Assembly: GCA_048884785.1 (NCBI GenBank)
Contig: JBHLQM010000011.1
Span: 1 to 30,372, forward strand
DNA: 30,372 nt
Direction of reading: 5' to 3'
Source: Candidatus Thorarchaeota archaeon
GTDB taxonomy: Archaea; Asgardarchaeota; Thorarchaeia; Thorarchaeales; Thorarchaeaceae
Shown here piece by piece: positions 27,901 to 30,372 of this stretch. Both the position numbers and the translations under genes were made by a program. A model generated the notes under the pieces. The model had not been told where the DNA came from, did no database searches, and saw only the letters and a list, made by a program, of their open reading frames with translations. Position 1 is the first letter of the stretch; every line of letters starts with the position of its first letter.

Positions 27901-28943
27901 TATCAGTGAATGATGTGACAAAACCAATTCTGAACCATCCCGGTGATGTGACTCTGAACGAGGGTGAGAATGGCGGAACAATCTCTTGGACTCCGTTTGA
28001 CCTGCACCCTGCAAGTTATATCATCTACAGAAATGGGAATCTGGTTCGAATAGGAGCATGGAATACTAGCGCAGATGTCATATCAATATCATTGGGATTC
28101 CTGCAGTATGGTTGGTATAACTATACTATTGTTGTCCAGGACGAGAGCAGCAATATCGCAAATGATTCGATATACGTGATTGTAAAGGATAATATCGCGC
28201 CGCTGCTAGAATCTCAAAATGACATCGTTCTTAGCGAAGGAACTATCGGTGAGGTGATCACCTGGAACGCATCAGACACCAACCCGTATCTTTACCAGGT
28301 TTTTCGAGACGGTGTATCTATTATCAGTGGGTATTGGAATACTAGCGCAGAACCATTCTTAGTGAATCTGGATGGCCTTGGACTAGGAGTGTATAACTAT
28401 ACTCTACTTGTCTTTGATGTGGATCTTAATTCAGCAAATGATACTGTGATTGTTACAGTGGAGGATATAACTCCTCCATTATTGAATAGTCCAAGTGATA
28501 TCACATTTGAAGAGGGAGAAACTGGTCTTTCGATAGAATGGCTGGCAGAAGACCTACACCCAGCGTCCTTCACAGTATATAAGGGTGGACAGCAAATCAA
28601 TACAGATGTTTGGTTCAGAGGAAGCAATATTTCGGTGCCATTGGATGGCATGCTACCTGGGTCATATACATTTACACTATTTGTATATGACACATCCTCA
28701 AACTTCGCTATGGATCAAGTTTCAGTCATTGTGACTGACAAAGATGATACAACCACAACTACAACAACAACTACAACTAGTACAACTACCACGACTACCA
28801 TCACGACAACGTCCCCAACGGCTCCAAGAAACATAACTCAAGAAGCTGCTTTCACAATAATGCTCTCGTTTCTTGTTCTACCGGCGTCTCTATTCTTGCT
28901 TCTGATAGTAGCTGAAGCGATAGTGCGCAGGCGACGTAGATAG
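24951..28943 (+). CDS. Large cell-surface protein: signal peptide, single CxxCH (putative heme c), 12 Ig-like repeats, Thr-rich linker, C-terminal TM anchor
   Basis: Basic/hydrophobic N-terminus, CGNCH at aa 39-43, ~92-aa repeats, poly-Thr tract, TM helix followed by RRRR. Confidence 0.88.
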   Translation: MTKLKKRTKIKILLGFVGCMILFTAAYSVVGRPAYTAECGNCHTTTPSPLVISSNATGTVNAAVGTPFTLIVDASGSTSNKDGDFAVSVQAGWADNDQFSFTPHAVLDQAGDDLNLVQKQIQASFTFTPLAAGSWTLRIWSAAKGGLSKSLDVSVSAVVSDTTPPTIDSPNDKSISEGQAANVTWNPSDANPDRYVIFDDESSWLSGPWDGSAILAPLQTLSLGTHNITLAVFDVNNNWASDQVNVTVYDGTAPTIDTPDDVLYNETQIGYTISWNPADLHPASYEIYRNTTPVRSGLWNSSVETISISVDGLLVGAYNYTIVVTDVGGNSIRNEVNVIVSDGTPPTIDNPSDIDYNEGQIGNSITWNPSDAYPVGYTIYRDNTPIKSGPWNSTSESISISVDGLSPGTYSFRLEVTDIGGNTATHTVVVTVNDITPPTINDVSNFSYAEYSTGNNITWSPNDLHPVSYIIYRNGVHIKSGLWNSSSELIVLTIDGLPLNVYVFTILVFDIGLNNATDSVTVTVYDGTAPTIDRPIDTSYPEGVDGNSVDWTPFDYHPSNYTIYMNEVAMRSGSWNSSSEVISVLMDGLALGEYNFTIIVFDNAGLSVVDQVLITIFDGTDPTTTHPDDVFYPDGQIGDTITWQMFDLHPVSYIIKKDNVTILSGLWNSTGETITINVEGLVIGEYNYTILVTDIGGNTALDWVLVTVYNAEVPTINEPQDKNIAEFSTNNTIQWHPLDLNPSNYSVYRNGQLVRAGLWNSSAELITVSIDGLSIGGYTFFVVVQDLDGNTANDTVLVTVFDGTNPVLDSPDDVTYNEFDLGATITWNATDSHPVSYSIYRNDTMLPIQSGPWNATSELISISVQGLSFGVYNYTIIITDMGGNSAKDMVLVFVEDGTPPVIDLQLDIQYNETTGGAIINWTASDLHPYYYSIYKDGNLAKSGLWNSSSEIISISVAGLPAGVFVYTLEVMDLGGNVNSSQVTISVNDVTKPILNHPGDVTLNEGENGGTISWTPFDLHPASYIIYRNGNLVRIGAWNTSADVISISLGFLQYGWYNYTIVVQDESSNIANDSIYVIVKDNIAPLLESQNDIVLSEGTIGEVITWNASDTNPYLYQVFRDGVSIISGYWNTSAEPFLVNLDGLGLGVYNYTLLVFDVDLNSANDTVIVTVEDITPPLLNSPSDITFEEGETGLSIEWLAEDLHPASFTVYKGGQQINTDVWFRGSNISVPLDGMLPGSYTFTLFVYDTSSNFAMDQVSVIVTDKDDTTTTTTTTTTSTTTTTTITTTSPTAPRNITQEAAFTIMLSFLVLPASLFLLLIVAEAIVRRRRR
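25431..28736 (+). repeat. 12 tandem ~92-aa Ig-like (Big/HYR/FN3-like) domains
   Basis: Consensus DxTxPxixxPxDxxYxE..G..IxWxxxDxhPxxYxIYrng....sGxWNs..exIxisvdgLxxGxYnytixVxDxxxNxaxDxVxvxv, counted 12 times. Confidence 0.85.
28749..28811 (+). repeat. ACN codon (Thr) low-complexity tract
   Basis: aca acc aca act aca aca aca act... encoding a run of Thr with single Ser/Ile interruptions. Confidence 0.85.
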
Positions 28944-28951
28944 AATGCATT

Positions 28952-28994
28952 CATGGAGGAGGCAGAATGAGGAAGACGCCCCCTCCATGTTTTC
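28952..28994 (+). terminator. Hairpin plus T-run terminator after the surface protein gene
   Basis: CATGGAGGAGGC (28952-28963) pairs with GCCCCCTCCATG (28978-28989) at 11/12 positions, followed by a T-run. Confidence 0.6.
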
Positions 28995-29078
28995 AATTTT
29001 CTTGTGGATATCACAAAGAGTAAAAGTATTATTGGGGAATGTTTGCGAATCACATAACAACGACATCATCTTTGAGGT

Positions 29079-30311
29079 GTGCCCCAAATGAAATTTCCAC
29101 TCCTTGAATCTTTCAATCTCCAAAACATGCCTTTTACGTGTGCACAATGTAGTTTCTGCCAAGTAGGCAATGGTGCCTGCCCCACTTACAAGGTCAAGCG
29201 CAAAGATAGCTACTCTGGCAAGGGCAAGATGGTACTGGCCCGGAATCTCATGCAGGGACGAATAAAGCCCTCCGAAGGGCTTAGCGGCCTGAGAGACGCA
29301 ATCTTCGGATGTACTCTCTGTGGAGGTTGCGAAGAAATATGCCAAGTGGATATACCCTTTGTTAAAATCTACCAGCTGATGAGAGCCGAGTTCCTGAAGA
29401 GAGGTATGTGGCCTGAGGGACTCAATATGGCAAGAGATACACTTCTTAAGGCGAATAATATCCAAGGTCAGTCCCAGATGGACAGAATTGAGGGGTGGTC
29501 ATACTGGCATCCCGATGAAGACATGGTTCTTGATTTGCAAGGACAAAAAGCAAAGACTGCTTTCTTCGCGGGTTGCTCCTCCTCCTACAAGGGTGTTTCA
29601 ATCCAAGGCACTATAGCCTCGACACTGATCATGAATAAAGCAGGCGAAGAATTCACTATGCTTGGCGAAGATGAGTACTGTTGCGGAGCTCCCATGATCA
29701 TGACCGGCGATTTCGAAACCGCCAAGAAGTTCGCCTTGCATAATATTGAGAAATTCAAATCACTAGGTGTGGAGCGCATTTTCACTAATTGCCCAGGCTG
29801 CTATAAGATGTGGTCTCATGAATATCATGAGTTTCTGGATATCGATCATGAGTTTGAAATCTTGTACGGTGCTGAGTATCTAGTTGAGCTGATTGACAAC
29901 GGCAAGTTGGAGATGAATACTCCGCTAGATTTGACCGTTACATTTCATGATGGATGTGATGCTGGCAGGAATTCAGGATTCTATGAAGAGCCTCGAAAGG
30001 TTTTGGAACACATTCCAGGAATAACATTCGAAGAACTCCCTCATAACAAGAACAATAGCTTCTGTTGTGGTTCTGGAGGAGTTCTGCGAGCAGTAGATGA
30101 TGGATTCGCTCAGAGCATAAACAAACTAAAAGTCCAAGATATTGAGGCTACTAATGCAGATGTTGTCGCGTCCCATTGCCCAGCCTGTGTAGACTTCATG
30201 CATAATCAGCTACCTAAAGCTGGATCGAGTAAGGTGTCAAAGGACTTGGTTGTCCTCGTGGCGCAAGCACTTGGGTACGAATGGGACGGCTTAGAAGAGA
30301 TTTACTCCTAG
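29079..30311 (+). CDS. Fe-S oxidoreductase, GlcF/HdrD/GlpC family (2x[4Fe-4S] plus two CCG domains); start GTG 29079 or ATG 29088
   Basis: CAQCSFC...CP, CTLCGGCEEIC, FFAGC..YCCG..TNCPGC, FHDGC..FCCGSGG..HCPAC. Confidence 0.9.
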   Translation: MPQMKFPLLESFNLQNMPFTCAQCSFCQVGNGACPTYKVKRKDSYSGKGKMVLARNLMQGRIKPSEGLSGLRDAIFGCTLCGGCEEICQVDIPFVKIYQLMRAEFLKRGMWPEGLNMARDTLLKANNIQGQSQMDRIEGWSYWHPDEDMVLDLQGQKAKTAFFAGCSSSYKGVSIQGTIASTLIMNKAGEEFTMLGEDEYCCGAPMIMTGDFETAKKFALHNIEKFKSLGVERIFTNCPGCYKMWSHEYHEFLDIDHEFEILYGAEYLVELIDNGKLEMNTPLDLTVTFHDGCDAGRNSGFYEEPRKVLEHIPGITFEELPHNKNNSFCCGSGGVLRAVDDGFAQSINKLKVQDIEATNADVVASHCPACVDFMHNQLPKAGSSKVSKDLVVLVAQALGYEWDGLEEIYS

Positions 30312-30372
30312 GGTGCTTTCGATAGTGAAATAAGAGCTGATGTTATCTAGAGAGCGATGTCATCAAATGCTG

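Noticed and set aside
25431-28811. CRISPR array or non-coding repeat
   Set aside because: The periodicity is at protein level (~276-nt degenerate units; Thr codons) inside an open frame, with no identical short direct repeats separated by spacers.
28890-29465. 191-aa antisense ORF and the many other short overlapping ORFs in the track (e.g. 16822-17277, 15351-15812, 25259-25765)
   Set aside because: They are shadows of well-supported genes and have no recognisable motifs.

Overview
Archaeal genomic window, most consistent with an Asgard archaeon such as Thorarchaeota. This is an inference from the 22-aa LRR protein, C-terminally anchored Thr-rich surface proteins, TATA-box promoters and GGAGG/GAGGTG ribosome-binding sites. 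The left third is a peptide-scavenging/housekeeping block: a GNAT, two tandem circularly permuted OppA/DppA-type binding proteins, an M29 aminopeptidase, a Zn-ribbon membrane protein, a PduO cobalamin adenosyltransferase, an LRR protein and a small winged-HTH. The centre holds an 11-gene minus-strand complex I-like operon in the order nuoA-J-K-C-D-H-I-M2-L-M-N. It has FOUR antiporter-like subunits, a 26-aa duplicated segment in the NuoL lateral helix, no nuoEFG/fpoF input module in the window and no free-standing nuoB. The missing NuoB is 1.2 kb upstream, fused to the C-terminus of a GlcD/VAO-family FAD oxidoreductase domain. A GlcF/HdrD-like 4Fe-4S + 2xCCG protein and a 1330-aa surface protein (one N-terminal CxxCH on a stalk of 12 Ig-like repeats) lie next to it. 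The best candidate for an undescribed system is this '2M'-type archaeal complex I with a flavoprotein module covalently tethered to NuoB and an atypical NuoD active site. No rRNA, tRNA, CRISPR or mobile element was recognised.
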